Shown: one piece after another, positions 9,197-18,403 of the stretch
How positions within the stretch are numbered: the first letter of the stretch is position 1
Layout of the letters: each line of letters starts with the position of its first letter
Source of the DNA: Candidatus Methanoperedens sp.
GTDB lineage: Archaea; Halobacteriota; Methanosarcinia; Methanosarcinales; Methanoperedenaceae
DNA: 32,000 nt
Direction of reading: 5' to 3'
Assembly (NCBI GenBank): GCA_027460535.1
Contig: JAPZAR010000014.1
Location: forward strand, 30,001 to 62,000
The notes under the pieces: model-generated
Databases searched by the model: none
What the model saw: only the letters and a program-made list of their open reading frames with translations
Told to the model about the DNA's origin: nothing
Position numbers and translations under genes: made by a program

Positions 9197-11266
9197 TCAA
9201 TTTAGCAGATCAAACATTTTTCCAATATCGGTAGTTGGAAGTCTGCAGCCATAATTCCTGCATACATAGGCTGTGGATTTCCCTTCCAGGACGGACATGT
9301 TTTTTGTATATTCCGCCAGTTGAAAGATTTCCGAAGAGTCCGGTCCTATTGGAATAAATAACACAACCTTGTTAGGCAGGAACTCCCTTCTCAGGGCAGC
9401 CAGCATGGTCTTTGTATCTATTGCATGCCTATCGCCAACTATGATTATTTCGCTTGTTGGACCTGTTGCGAAATCCAGCGCTACCATAAGCTGCGTATAT
9501 GCAGAAGGCGCCTGCAGGACGATCCTGGAAAAAGCTCTTTCGATTTGAACAGCCTTTTTTTCAAGTTCGGGATTTCCGGTAATCCGGCCAAGGCGGAGCA
9601 AGTTCAGCATTGCCACAGAATTGCCGGAAGGGACCGCGCCGTCATAGATCTCTTTTTTCCGATAGATCACCTCTTCGGCGTCATCGGCAGTAATATAAAA
9701 ACCCCCGTTCTCTTCATCCCAGAAATGCCTTAGCAGGAGCTCATTCAGGTCAAGTGCGGCTTTAAGGTACGATACCTCGAAAGTGGATTCATAAAGTTCT
9801 ATCAGACCCCAGATAAGGAATGCGTAGTCATCAAGAAAAGCAGGAACTGCAGCTTCGCCTTCACGGTAGCGATGATAAAGCCGCCCATCCGGTTTTCGCA
9901 TTTTCGCAAGGATAAAATCCACTGCCCGTTTTGCAGCGTTCTCATATTCCGAACCAGCAAGCACAGCTGCACCTATGGAAAGCGCAGCTATCATCAATCC
10001 ATTCCAGTCCGTTAAGATCTTATCATCTTTTCCCGGATGAACGCGTTTCTCACGGAATGCAAATAATTTATCTTTCAAAGCCGAAAGACGCTTTTGAAAG
10101 TCTTCCAATGGTATCTTAAGCTGCAAGGCAATTTCAGAAGGCTCACTTTTCAAGTGTAAAATATTTTTCCCATTTTCGAAATTACCATCCTCTTCAATAC
10201 CATAAGTTTTTTTTACCAGTTCGCTCTCATCCCCTAAAAGGTTCCGTATCTCCTCGCCAGTCCAGAAGTAAAACTTCCCCTCCTCACCTTCACTATCAGC
10301 GTCTTCACCGCAATAGAAACCACCTTCTGAATCGGTCAAGTCGCGCAGGACATAAGTAAATATCTCCCGGGCGGTTTCACCGTGTTCCTCTTTTCCTATA
10401 GCCTGATAAGCCTCAGTGTAGGCGATTGCCAGCATTGCCTGGTCATAGAGCATCTTTTCGAAGTGCGGCACAAGCCATCCCGAATCCACGGAATACCGGT
10501 GGAAGCCAAAACCTATGTGATCATAAATACCTCCTTTGCTCATGGAAGAAAGCGTTTTCTCTACGATGTGCATTGCCATCCTGTCATCTGTGCGCTTCCA
10601 ATAGCGCAGGAGGAACGAGAGATTATGTGGTGAGGGGAATTTTGGAGCTTCGCCAAAACCCCCATGCCTTTCATCGAACATCTCCAAAAGTTGCTCGTAA
10701 GCCGCATGAAGGACATCTTCACCTAATTCCTTGCCTGTTGATATTTGCACATCCCTGAGGGCTGAGACCACCTTTGAAGCCATTGATTCAACTTCATCCC
10801 TCTGATGTTCCCAGAGGTCCTTTATCCGGGGTACCATCTCAAGCATGCCGATTCGCCCGGCTCTGCTTTCCTTTGGGATGTACGTGGCTGCAAAGAAGGG
10901 TCTTTTATCAGGCGTTAGTATCAGGTTTAGAGGCCAGCCGCCGCTGCCTATCATCCTCTGGCAGACAGACATGAAGATGCTGTCTATGTCCGGGCGTTCC
11001 TCACGGTCAACCTTTATGCTCACAAAAGCATCGTTCATTAACCTGGCCACATCATAGTCCTCGAAGGACTCTTTCTCCATTACATGGCACCAGTGGCAGG
11101 TGGAATAGCCTATAGAAAGGAAGATCGGTTTGACCTCATTTTTGGCCTTCTCGAATGCTTCTTCTCCCCATGGGTACCAGTCCACAGGATTGTATGCATG
11201 CTGAAGCAGATAGGGACTTTTCTCATTTATCAGCCGGTTAGGCTTCCTGGCAAATTGATCTTCCAT
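9197..11266 (-). CDS. thioredoxin-domain protein, DUF255/YyaL family (N-terminal Trx-like plus six-hairpin glycosidase-like domain)
   Basis: It has [29 protein letters not shown] and the TCHWCHVME motif. The ORF-track start at 11326 adds 20 residues that do not resemble the family. The ATG at 11266 ([12 protein letters not shown]...) is preferred. Confidence 0.8.
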   Translation of the reverse strand: MEDQFARKPNRLINEKSPYLLQHAYNPVDWYPWGEEAFEKAKNEVKPIFLSIGYSTCHWCHVMEKESFEDYDVARLMNDAFVSIKVDREERPDIDSIFMSVCQRMIGSGGWPLNLILTPDKRPFFAATYIPKESRAGRIGMLEMVPRIKDLWEHQRDEVESMASKVVSALRDVQISTGKELGEDVLHAAYEQLLEMFDERHGGFGEAPKFPSPHNLSFLLRYWKRTDDRMAMHIVEKTLSSMSKGGIYDHIGFGFHRYSVDSGWLVPHFEKMLYDQAMLAIAYTEAYQAIGKEEHGETAREIFTYVLRDLTDSEGGFYCGEDADSEGEEGKFYFWTGEEIRNLLGDESELVKKTYGIEEDGNFENGKNILHLKSEPSEIALQLKIPLEDFQKRLSALKDKLFAFREKRVHPGKDDKILTDWNGLMIAALSIGAAVLAGSEYENAAKRAVDFILAKMRKPDGRLYHRYREGEAAVPAFLDDYAFLIWGLIELYESTFEVSYLKAALDLNELLLRHFWDEENGGFYITADDAEEVIYRKKEIYDGAVPSGNSVAMLNLLRLGRITGNPELEKKAVQIERAFSRIVLQAPSAYTQLMVALDFATGPTSEIIIVGDRHAIDTKTMLAALRREFLPNKVVLFIPIGPDSSEIFQLAEYTKNMSVLEGKSTAYVCRNYGCRLPTTDIGKMFDLLN

Positions 11267-11506
11267 TTGACTACCTTTCGGAAAGTGAGAGAATTGGATA
11301 TTTATAGATACATTGCCGGGAAGCATGGTTGCGACACGACTTCCTGCGACAACTTGTGTGAATCATTCGATAGAATGGCGGGTGATTGGTTAAATATTAT
11401 TGGTCGAGTTATGAGGACCTTGACAGCACTTCTCGCTCCCTGGACTAACCTTGGTGAAGTTAAGTATAAGTACAAATAATGTGGATGATTGATGGGAGGT
11501 TTTTTA

Positions 11507-12055
11507 ATGAAGAAAATGACTGAACAGCACCTTATCAATGCATTTGGAGGGGAAAGCCAGGCACATATGAGATATTTGCATTTTGCAAATCAGGCTGAAA
11601 AGGAAAAATTTAATAATGTTGCCCGTTTGTTCCGTGCGATCGCTCATGCTGAATATATACATGCAGGAGACCATTACCGGGAATTAAAACACCTGGATGG
11701 GGGATTTGTAGCAAATAGCATGGCAGCTTTTGGCCCGGGCGATTCCAGGAAAAATCTTAAACTGGCCATAGCAGGGGAGACATTTGAGATCGAGGAAATG
11801 TATCCTGTATACATGGAGGTTGCAAAATTCCAGGGAGAAAAAGGGGCACAAAAAAGTTTTGAATGGGCGTACGGTACAGAAAAAATGCACAAGTTGCTTT
11901 ATGAAAAAGCATCAGAATCAGTTAATTCCGGAAGGGATGCCAAACTCGGTCCTATTCAGGTTTGTGAAGTTTGTGGATATACGCTTGAAGGAGAAGCGCC
12001 TGATAAATGTCCCCTGTGCAGTGCAACTAAAGACAAATTTACCGCATTCAAATAA
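11507..12055 (+). CDS. rbr: rubrerythrin
   Basis: It has an N-terminal diiron four-helix domain (GESQAHMRY, EYIHAG, ExxE motifs) and a C-terminal rubredoxin-like CEVCG...CPLC. GGGAGG lies upstream of the ATG at 11507, so that start is preferred over 11489. Confidence 0.85.
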   Translation: MKKMTEQHLINAFGGESQAHMRYLHFANQAEKEKFNNVARLFRAIAHAEYIHAGDHYRELKHLDGGFVANSMAAFGPGDSRKNLKLAIAGETFEIEEMYPVYMEVAKFQGEKGAQKSFEWAYGTEKMHKLLYEKASESVNSGRDAKLGPIQVCEVCGYTLEGEAPDKCPLCSATKDKFTAFK

Positions 12056-12210
12056 GTGCAATTCTTTTGAACGACCCGCTCAAAATTTGAAGTCGATGCC
12101 TTCAATCCGAAATTCAGCATCGTGTGCAGCGGAAGGGAACAACGAAACATCTGACGAATATATAATTTCTTTCACAACTATTTATGTATTAAAAAAAACA
12201 TCTTGGTTTA

Positions 12211-13191
12211 ATGAAAATGAACGCTAAGATCAAGGCCGAGCTTATCTCTATAGGAGCTATCGATATCAATCCCACTCTTCTCGGCAGGCTTACCATTCCC
12301 ACTGCGGGACCTGGCGCAGGCGGCAAGGCATTTTTCTTCAGGTCAGGCAAACACAGGGTAAGGCTTGTCGTGGATGAGGGTTCACCTCTGCGTGCCGTGA
12401 AGGAAGACGGCGATATTGTGATATTGAAAGGCGGCAAAGAGCTTGTGAGGGGGACTATCGAGGAAGAGCTCATCCACTGCCCGGAACAGGCATATATAAC
12501 CATGAGCGAGCGCTGTATTTATGACTGCAAGTTCTGTCCCGTCCCAAAACTTCAAGGCAAGGTCAAATCCTCGGAAGAACTGCTTGCGCTCGTGAAGGAG
12601 GCCTTCGATCTCGGGAAAATGAAAGGTATATCGATAACATCTGGGGTCGAAGTCTCGCCGGAAAAAGAAGTGGCAAGGGCAGTTGAGCTTGTCAGAGCTT
12701 TGCGGAAATACAATGTTCCCATAGGCGTTTCGGTCTATCCCACAAAAGACTCATCCCGTCTCTTAAAAGAAGCCGGGGCGAGTGAAGTCAAATATAATGT
12801 GGAGACAATGGACAGGGAGCTTTACGATAAATATTGTAAAAAGCCTCCTCTTGACTTCACTCTGCAATGCCTCAATGATGCCGTGAAGATATTCGGGAAA
12901 AACCAGGTTTTCACGAACTTCATAGTCGGGCTTGGCGAGACAGATGAAACTGTGGAAAAATATTATGAAGAACTGGCAAAGATGGGCGTGATCCCGATAA
13001 TCAGGGCAGTGGGTGTGCATCCCCTGAGATTCGGTGAACTTGAAGCTGAACGCCCGACATCCGAGAGGCTGCTCAAGCTCGCAAAAATGGCGCGGCGGAT
13101 CCTGGATAAATACGGGCTAGATGCAAGCGTTGCAAAGACCATGTGCCTGCCCTGCACGGGATGCGACCTGAATCCGCATATTGATTTATGA
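12211..13191 (+). CDS. radical SAM protein, unknown function
   Basis: 326 aa. The CIYDCKFC (Cx3Cx2C) cluster motif lies about 100 aa from the N-terminus, followed by a TIM-barrel-like alternating pattern. No SPASM or B12 domain was seen. Confidence 0.7.
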   Translation: MKMNAKIKAELISIGAIDINPTLLGRLTIPTAGPGAGGKAFFFRSGKHRVRLVVDEGSPLRAVKEDGDIVILKGGKELVRGTIEEELIHCPEQAYITMSERCIYDCKFCPVPKLQGKVKSSEELLALVKEAFDLGKMKGISITSGVEVSPEKEVARAVELVRALRKYNVPIGVSVYPTKDSSRLLKEAGASEVKYNVETMDRELYDKYCKKPPLDFTLQCLNDAVKIFGKNQVFTNFIVGLGETDETVEKYYEELAKMGVIPIIRAVGVHPLRFGELEAERPTSERLLKLAKMARRILDKYGLDASVAKTMCLPCTGCDLNPHIDL

Positions 13192-13212
13192 GCTTTTGCG
13201 GTGCATCACATT

Positions 13213-13614
13213 ATGATCAAAGAAATCAAAATCACCCGCCGAGACATTGAGTTAATCCAGGCTGAGCTGGATACAAACAAGCCGTATGAAGCTTGCGGGC
13301 TGCTGATAGGCACGATAAGCGGTAGCACGGCGCATGTTGAAAAAGTTTTGCCGATTGCCAACGTGAAGCGCACCAGGACGAGTTTTGAACTTGATCCGAA
13401 AGAACACTATAATGCCTGGAATGATGCGGAGAAAAAAGGCAAGGAGATCATCGGTGTGTATCACACGCACCCCGTCTCATCTGCCGTCCCTTCGCTCTGG
13501 GACAGGGAGACGATGGAGAACGCGCCTTCGGTATGGCTTATAGCTGGTGCGGACGGGATGAGGGCGTACGTGTGGGAGAATGGTGTGAAATCGGTGAAAA
13601 TAATAGAGAGATAG
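13213..13614 (+). CDS. JAMM/MPN+ (Mov34) family metalloprotease
   Basis: It has EACGLL, then HTHPVSSAVPSLWD (the HxHx7Sx2D JAMM zinc motif). The size is that of a stand-alone archaeal JAMM protein. The ATG at 13213 is preferred over the GTG at 13201. Confidence 0.8.
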   Translation: MIKEIKITRRDIELIQAELDTNKPYEACGLLIGTISGSTAHVEKVLPIANVKRTRTSFELDPKEHYNAWNDAEKKGKEIIGVYHTHPVSSAVPSLWDRETMENAPSVWLIAGADGMRAYVWENGVKSVKIIER

Positions 13615-13662
13615 AAGTTCTCCATAGGGGGAAACTATCTTGATTAGTTACCCTGTTTTGGA

Positions 13663-13840
13663 CTATCGTCCCATCATCGCCCTCTCCAGCCCCTCCTTCG
13701 CGACCTTATTCAGCCTCCGCGCCTCGCCTAAGTCTTTCCCTCCTAAAAAACCCTCACCTTCGGCTCTGTCCCGCTGGCTCTCGCTAAGAGCCAGCCCATC
13801 CAAGTAGTCCACTCGCTCATCATCCGCATCAGTGACTACC
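13663..13840 (-). pseudogene. decayed duplicate of the 3' end of the adjacent phosphohexomutase gene
   Basis: The DNA aligns by eye with 14614-14790 at roughly 70% identity. Its translation ends ...ARRLNKVAKEGLERAMMGR, versus ...ARRLNRIAMEGLERAMVG in the intact gene. The conserved SGTEPKVRV codons are present but in a different frame, which indicates a frameshift. There is no upstream catalytic portion. Confidence 0.75.
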
Positions 13841-13897
13841 GTGAAATCCACTAAAGACATATATACAATACCACTAATAATGTATTCTGTGAGATAA

Positions 13898-14080
13898 ATG
13901 GCAATAAGTGAGCATGATATTGAAGCTCTCATCAAGAATAAAGATATAAAATTCGTTGGCGACAGGTTGATAACAGTCCCAAAGAAAAAAGAAAAAGGAT
14001 TTTTCCATGTTGAGATGGATCTTCCTGAAGAAGAAATCGACGAATTATTGAGCGATGAGATATCACAGTGGACAGAATGA
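13898..14080 (+). CDS. putative antitoxin (VapB-like position)
   Basis: 60 aa with an acidic C-terminus. Its stop overlaps the ATG of the downstream PIN gene (ATGA). No recognisable DNA-binding fold could be assigned by eye. Confidence 0.5.
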   Translation: MAISEHDIEALIKNKDIKFVGDRLITVPKKKEKGFFHVEMDLPEEEIDELLSDEISQWTE

Positions 14081-14565
14081 ATCTCACAAAATTTGCTGAA
14101 CAAGAAATTTTTGTAGATACCAATATCTTTTTTTATGCGCTGGCAAAGATGCATCGCTATAAACATACATGCGAGGTACTTTTATCAAAAATCAATAACG
14201 GTGAAGTTATTGGTTTTACTTCTTCAACCGTGATTAATGAACTATTCCATACCATACTTATCGGGGAAGTTAAGCAAAAATATGGGGATATCGAAGTTAT
14301 CAGGTTCATTAAAGAGCACCCCGAAGCGATCTCTGAATGTACTGTTGCTTATAATGCACTTGATGATATATTTGACTCAAGTATTGTCATATTGCCCCTC
14401 ACTTTAGAGGTGCTGTACCATGCAAAAACACTTTCAAAGAAGCATAACCTCTTATTTTCAGATGCTATTCATGTTGCATCATGTGAAGTTTATGGATTAA
14501 AAAATATTGCCACAAACGACAAGGACTTCGACAGAGTTGATTTTCTGAAAAGCTGGAAGCCATAA
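14077..14565 (+). CDS. vapC: PIN-domain ribonuclease toxin (VapC family)
   Basis: The PIN acidic residues are in the expected order: IFVDTN, VINELFH, FSDAIHVA, ATNDKDF. The ATG at 14077 overlaps the upstream stop. The ORF-track start at 14068 is GTG. Confidence 0.8.
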   Translation: MNLTKFAEQEIFVDTNIFFYALAKMHRYKHTCEVLLSKINNGEVIGFTSSTVINELFHTILIGEVKQKYGDIEVIRFIKEHPEAISECTVAYNALDDIFDSSIVILPLTLEVLYHAKTLSKKHNLLFSDAIHVASCEVYGLKNIATNDKDFDRVDFLKSWKP

Positions 14566-14613
14566 CGGCTATCATTTTGGATATAAGAATGGGCTAGATC
14601 AAATTTGTGTTGC

Positions 14614-16038
14614 CTATCCCACCATCGCCCTTTCCAGCCCCTCCATAGCAATCCTGTTCAGTCTCCGTGCCCTTTCCTCAGTCTTACCCTCCGAGAAAAC
14701 CCTCACCTTCGGTTCGGTCCCGCTCGCCCTGACAAGGAACCAGCCGTCTTCATAATCCACTCTCATGCCGTCCATATCTGAAACCCTCTCATAATCCTGT
14801 GGTATCTCCTGTTTTAACCTGTCCAGTATCGCCTCGGCATTCGTGCCGGCGGGAAGCGTTTTTGCATCCTTTATCTGGTGATATTTCGGATACGAGGCCA
14901 CAAGTTCAGATAGACTCATTTCTTCCTTCGAAAGTATCCCTGCCATCACTCCTGCAAGCATCGGGCCTTCGCGGCTCCACTCAAGAAGCACGGAGCCATG
15001 CTCCTCAAGCCCGACCTGCGCCCCGCACAGCAGTTTTGCCTGGGCGAGATACGGTTCTCCTACGGGAGTGTAAATAACTTCCGCGCCAAGACCTTGGGCG
15101 ACTTCTTTTATAATATTAGAGAACGCGATTGTCACAGCAATGAACTTTTTTTTATCTTTGCTTTGCCGCAGTACATGGTCAGCAATTATCGCTGCAGAAA
15201 CATCACCCTGGACGAATTTCCCTTTCTCATCCACAAAGGCGGTCCTGTCGCCGTCGCCGTCATGCGCCACGCCCATATCGGCATTTTCATTGATGACAAG
15301 ATTTTTGAGCTTTTCGAGGTTCGCATCCGTGGGTTCAGGATTCCGTTCCCTGAACATGCCATCGTACCTGCAGTTGAACCTTATTACTCTATGACCCAGG
15401 GTTTCAAGGGTCTCAGGCGTTACTGAAGATGCAGAGCCGCCACCGCCGTCGACCGCTATTTTCATGGGCTTCACCGGAAAGAGTTTTTTGACGTACTGTA
15501 CTATATGGGCGCGGTATCTCTCGCCTGCACCGCAGTCATTCAGTCTCTTTCCTATTTTCGCGGCCTTTGTGGATGGCCCGAAGTAGATTTTTTCAAGCTC
15601 CAGGTCCTCTTCCGGGGAAAATCCCATTCCCCTTTTGCTCAGGCATTTTATCCCGTTGTATTCAGGAGGATTGTGGGAAGCCGTAATCATCACACCAGCG
15701 TCAGCCTGCCTTAAAACTTCCAGCGAGAGCGTATTCGGGGTTATGATGCCAAGAGTCAGCGCATTGCAGCCATGTCCAATAATACCTTCAATCAGCGCCT
15801 CCTCAAGCATGGGGGAAGAGATCCGCGGGTCTTTTCCTATCGCGATAGTTTTTCCCTCTCCGAGATAGACTGCAAGAGCTTCTCCCACGCGTTTGGCTTT
15901 TTCAGAGCCCATCCCCTCATTAGTCCCCGTATGCGGCGTCTCCACGACACCCCTGAAGCCGAAGGTGCCAAAAAGTCTCTTAAGTTTTCGGATTTTTTTA
16001 TAATCATCAAATTTTTCGGTGAGCTTTTCACAGGACAT
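14614..16038 (-). CDS. alpha-D-phosphohexomutase (phosphoglucosamine/phosphomannomutase-like)
   Basis: 474 aa. It has the active-site loop TASHNPPEYNGIK, the Mg loop AHDGDGDR, the sugar loop GLEEHGS and the phosphate loop RASGTEPKVRV. Confidence 0.85.
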   Translation of the reverse strand: MSCEKLTEKFDDYKKIRKLKRLFGTFGFRGVVETPHTGTNEGMGSEKAKRVGEALAVYLGEGKTIAIGKDPRISSPMLEEALIEGIIGHGCNALTLGIITPNTLSLEVLRQADAGVMITASHNPPEYNGIKCLSKRGMGFSPEEDLELEKIYFGPSTKAAKIGKRLNDCGAGERYRAHIVQYVKKLFPVKPMKIAVDGGGGSASSVTPETLETLGHRVIRFNCRYDGMFRERNPEPTDANLEKLKNLVINENADMGVAHDGDGDRTAFVDEKGKFVQGDVSAAIIADHVLRQSKDKKKFIAVTIAFSNIIKEVAQGLGAEVIYTPVGEPYLAQAKLLCGAQVGLEEHGSVLLEWSREGPMLAGVMAGILSKEEMSLSELVASYPKYHQIKDAKTLPAGTNAEAILDRLKQEIPQDYERVSDMDGMRVDYEDGWFLVRASGTEPKVRVFSEGKTEERARRLNRIAMEGLERAMVG

Positions 16039-16219
16039 GAGGTTGAATATGTCTTGGATGTATTAAAAATAACTCAAATGATCTCTTCCATTACTATCAG
16101 CGAGTACACACTCCTCAGGCGCCTTTTCCTTGAGTATTAGGGTAGCAGGTTTTGTGACCCTTCAGGATAAAAATTCCCTACCCAGAAATCATAACTCCAT
16201 CCCACCTGCATGCAGCATC

Positions 16220-17608
16220 TCAATCACTCCCTTTGAATAAAAGCCAGTTTTTCTCACCTGCCTTCTTGAACTTTACAAGCACATACCTCCCTTCCATCTT
16301 TTCTCCCTTGACAATGAACTCGATCTTGTCCTCCCCCCAGGCTATGGGTTCGTACAGACCCCTATCCCATATCTTCACCGTGCCGGCCCCGTACTGTCCT
16401 TCAGGGATAGTCCCTTCGAATTTACCATATTCCAGCGGATGATCTTCTACCTGTACAGCAAGCCTCCGGTCACCGCTTATTTCCGGAATGCCCTTAGGAA
16501 CAGCCCAGCTTTTAAGAACTCCTTCCTTCTCCAGTCTCAGATCATAGTGAAGCCTGCGGGCATGATGCTCCTGGACCACGAAAGATTTTCCCATACCCTT
16601 TTCCACCGATGCGGGAGGCTCAGGTGTCCTGCTAAAATCACGCCTGGTGGTGTAGTCCGAAAGAACAGGCCGTATCTGATCAATGCTGCATTCAAGCGGG
16701 TCTTTATCTTTCCTGATTTTCTGAAATACAGGAATACGCAGTTTTCCGTCTTCCGTTATGGATTGATAACCAACTTCACACACAATACCGGGTTTTAACC
16801 ATGTTATTTCCCTGTCCCTTTCCACGCCCTGCAGTGTTTCTTCTTCCACTCTATATTCATCCAAATATCGCTTCAGATTTTCCATATCTTCCTGGGAAAA
16901 GCCTGTTCCCACATTACCAACATAGACCGGCACTTCCCCATCATACAATCCAAGGATCAATGATCCAAAGATTTCTTTCCTGTTCCCCTCACCCTTTGTA
17001 TAACCGAAAATGACACAATCGCATGTCTTCACCTGCTTTATTTTCAGCCAGTTATTGCTCCTTTTTCCCGGTTCATATGAGCTTTGTTTATTTTTTGCCA
17101 TTATGCCCTCAACACCTTTTTCCAGAGCTGCCTTGTAATAAGCTTCTCCGTTCTCTTCAACAAAAAGGGATAGGACAACATATTTTCCTTCTCTTACGCT
17201 ATTTTTCAATATCCTCTTTCTCTCCATAAGAGGAATATCCAGGAGCTCCTCTCCTTCCTTTTCCAGGATATCAAATATTATGTAAGTGGCAGGGAACTTT
17301 CGGGACATATAATCGATATCCCTGGGTCCAGTATTTTGACTCCTCTTGATAAGGGTCTGAAAATCAGCCTTACCATCCTTCATGACAATTATCTCCCCAT
17401 CCAGGACCGTATCCCTGGTCAAATCTTTCAGTTCAGAAAGTTCCGGAAAGTTAACCATCAGTTCTTTCTGGTTACGGCTCCTGATACTGAGTTCCTTTTT
17501 CACGTAACTGATGGCCCTTATTCCATCCCATTTCACCTCAAAGATCCAGTTATCAGAAGAAAACGGAGCTTCTGCCGATCGGGCAAGCATCGGTTTATAT
17601 TGTTTCAT
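16220..17608 (-). CDS. ligD: ATP-dependent DNA ligase fused to a LigD-type 3'-phosphoesterase (Lig-PE)
   Basis: The N-terminus carries ligase motif I (EVKWDGIRA) and the later motifs LDGEIIV, EGIMAK and NWLKIK. The C-terminal ~130 aa (FVVQEHHARRLHYDLRLE...SWAVPKG...VEDHPLEYGKFEGTIPEGQYGAGTVKIWD) matches the LigD PE domain. The start overlaps the Ku stop by 4 nt. Confidence 0.85.
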   Translation of the reverse strand: MKQYKPMLARSAEAPFSSDNWIFEVKWDGIRAISYVKKELSIRSRNQKELMVNFPELSELKDLTRDTVLDGEIIVMKDGKADFQTLIKRSQNTGPRDIDYMSRKFPATYIIFDILEKEGEELLDIPLMERKRILKNSVREGKYVVLSLFVEENGEAYYKAALEKGVEGIMAKNKQSSYEPGKRSNNWLKIKQVKTCDCVIFGYTKGEGNRKEIFGSLILGLYDGEVPVYVGNVGTGFSQEDMENLKRYLDEYRVEEETLQGVERDREITWLKPGIVCEVGYQSITEDGKLRIPVFQKIRKDKDPLECSIDQIRPVLSDYTTRRDFSRTPEPPASVEKGMGKSFVVQEHHARRLHYDLRLEKEGVLKSWAVPKGIPEISGDRRLAVQVEDHPLEYGKFEGTIPEGQYGAGTVKIWDRGLYEPIAWGEDKIEFIVKGEKMEGRYVLVKFKKAGEKNWLLFKGSD

Positions 17609-18402
17609 TTGCGCAGGCTTCTAATAGTCTCCTGAAGGGCTACCATCAATTCCTTGACTTCCTCTTTCTTGGGTACTTCAGCCACAACGATCTCTCCCTT
17701 CATCTTCGCTTCAATGAGCTTTTCCATCTTCTCCCTGTAGCCATCCTTGTACTCTGCTATATTAAATTCTCCCGTCAGGTCCTTAATGATCTTCTCAGCC
17801 AGTTCCATCTCTTTTTGTCCGGGCTTTTTGAGAAGAGAAAGCTCTTCCATATCCCCTGGGTTAGCGACCTCGTTTGCGTAGCGCAGGGTTGTCAGAATCA
17901 AAGCGCCCTTGTATTCATAAACCACAACAGGAAATTCCTTTGTCCTCAAGGTGACCTTTCCCATTCCTGCCTTTCCCAATTGTTGAATCACTGTCATCAT
18001 CAGGCTGTAGGCTTCTTCGCTCCTGTCAGGGACAAGGATATACGACTTGTCAAAATATACGGGGTCGATGGAGAGCAAACTCACGAATTTATCCAGCCTG
18101 ATCCTCTCATCAGATTCCGGTCTTATGGCGTCCAGTTCCTCCTTCTTGAAAACTATGAACTCGTTCTTCCGTATTTCGTATCCTTTTACCGTATCTTTCC
18201 AATCCACCACCTTGTCGTCTCTAATGCAGACCCTTTCGTATTTCAACGGCTGCCCGTCCTCATTGTGCAGAAGCCTGAAAGAAAATGCCTGATCACGGAT
18301 CATAGTATATAACTTGACCGGTATATTGACCAGCCCGATAGAGATACTCCCGCTCCAGAAGGGCCTGTGCGACGGTTTGGCCGTGTCTTTATCCTTTACC
18401 AT
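17605..18402 (-). CDS. ku: Ku DNA end-binding protein
   Basis: 265 aa. RPFWSGSISIGLVNIPVKLYT is the hallmark prokaryotic Ku N-terminus. The gene sits between the LigD Pol and Lig genes. Confidence 0.9.
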   Translation of the reverse strand: MVKDKDTAKPSHRPFWSGSISIGLVNIPVKLYTMIRDQAFSFRLLHNEDGQPLKYERVCIRDDKVVDWKDTVKGYEIRKNEFIVFKKEELDAIRPESDERIRLDKFVSLLSIDPVYFDKSYILVPDRSEEAYSLMMTVIQQLGKAGMGKVTLRTKEFPVVVYEYKGALILTTLRYANEVANPGDMEELSLLKKPGQKEMELAEKIIKDLTGEFNIAEYKDGYREKMEKLIEAKMKGEIVVAEVPKKEEVKELMVALQETIRSLRK

Positions 18403-18403
18403 T

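Noticed and set aside
13663-14166. 167-aa minus-strand ORF read as an intact gene.
   Set aside because: Its upstream two-thirds run antisense to the antitoxin/PIN genes and have no protein-like features. Only its last ~60 codons resemble the mutase C-terminus, and a frameshift separates these from the upstream homologous codons.
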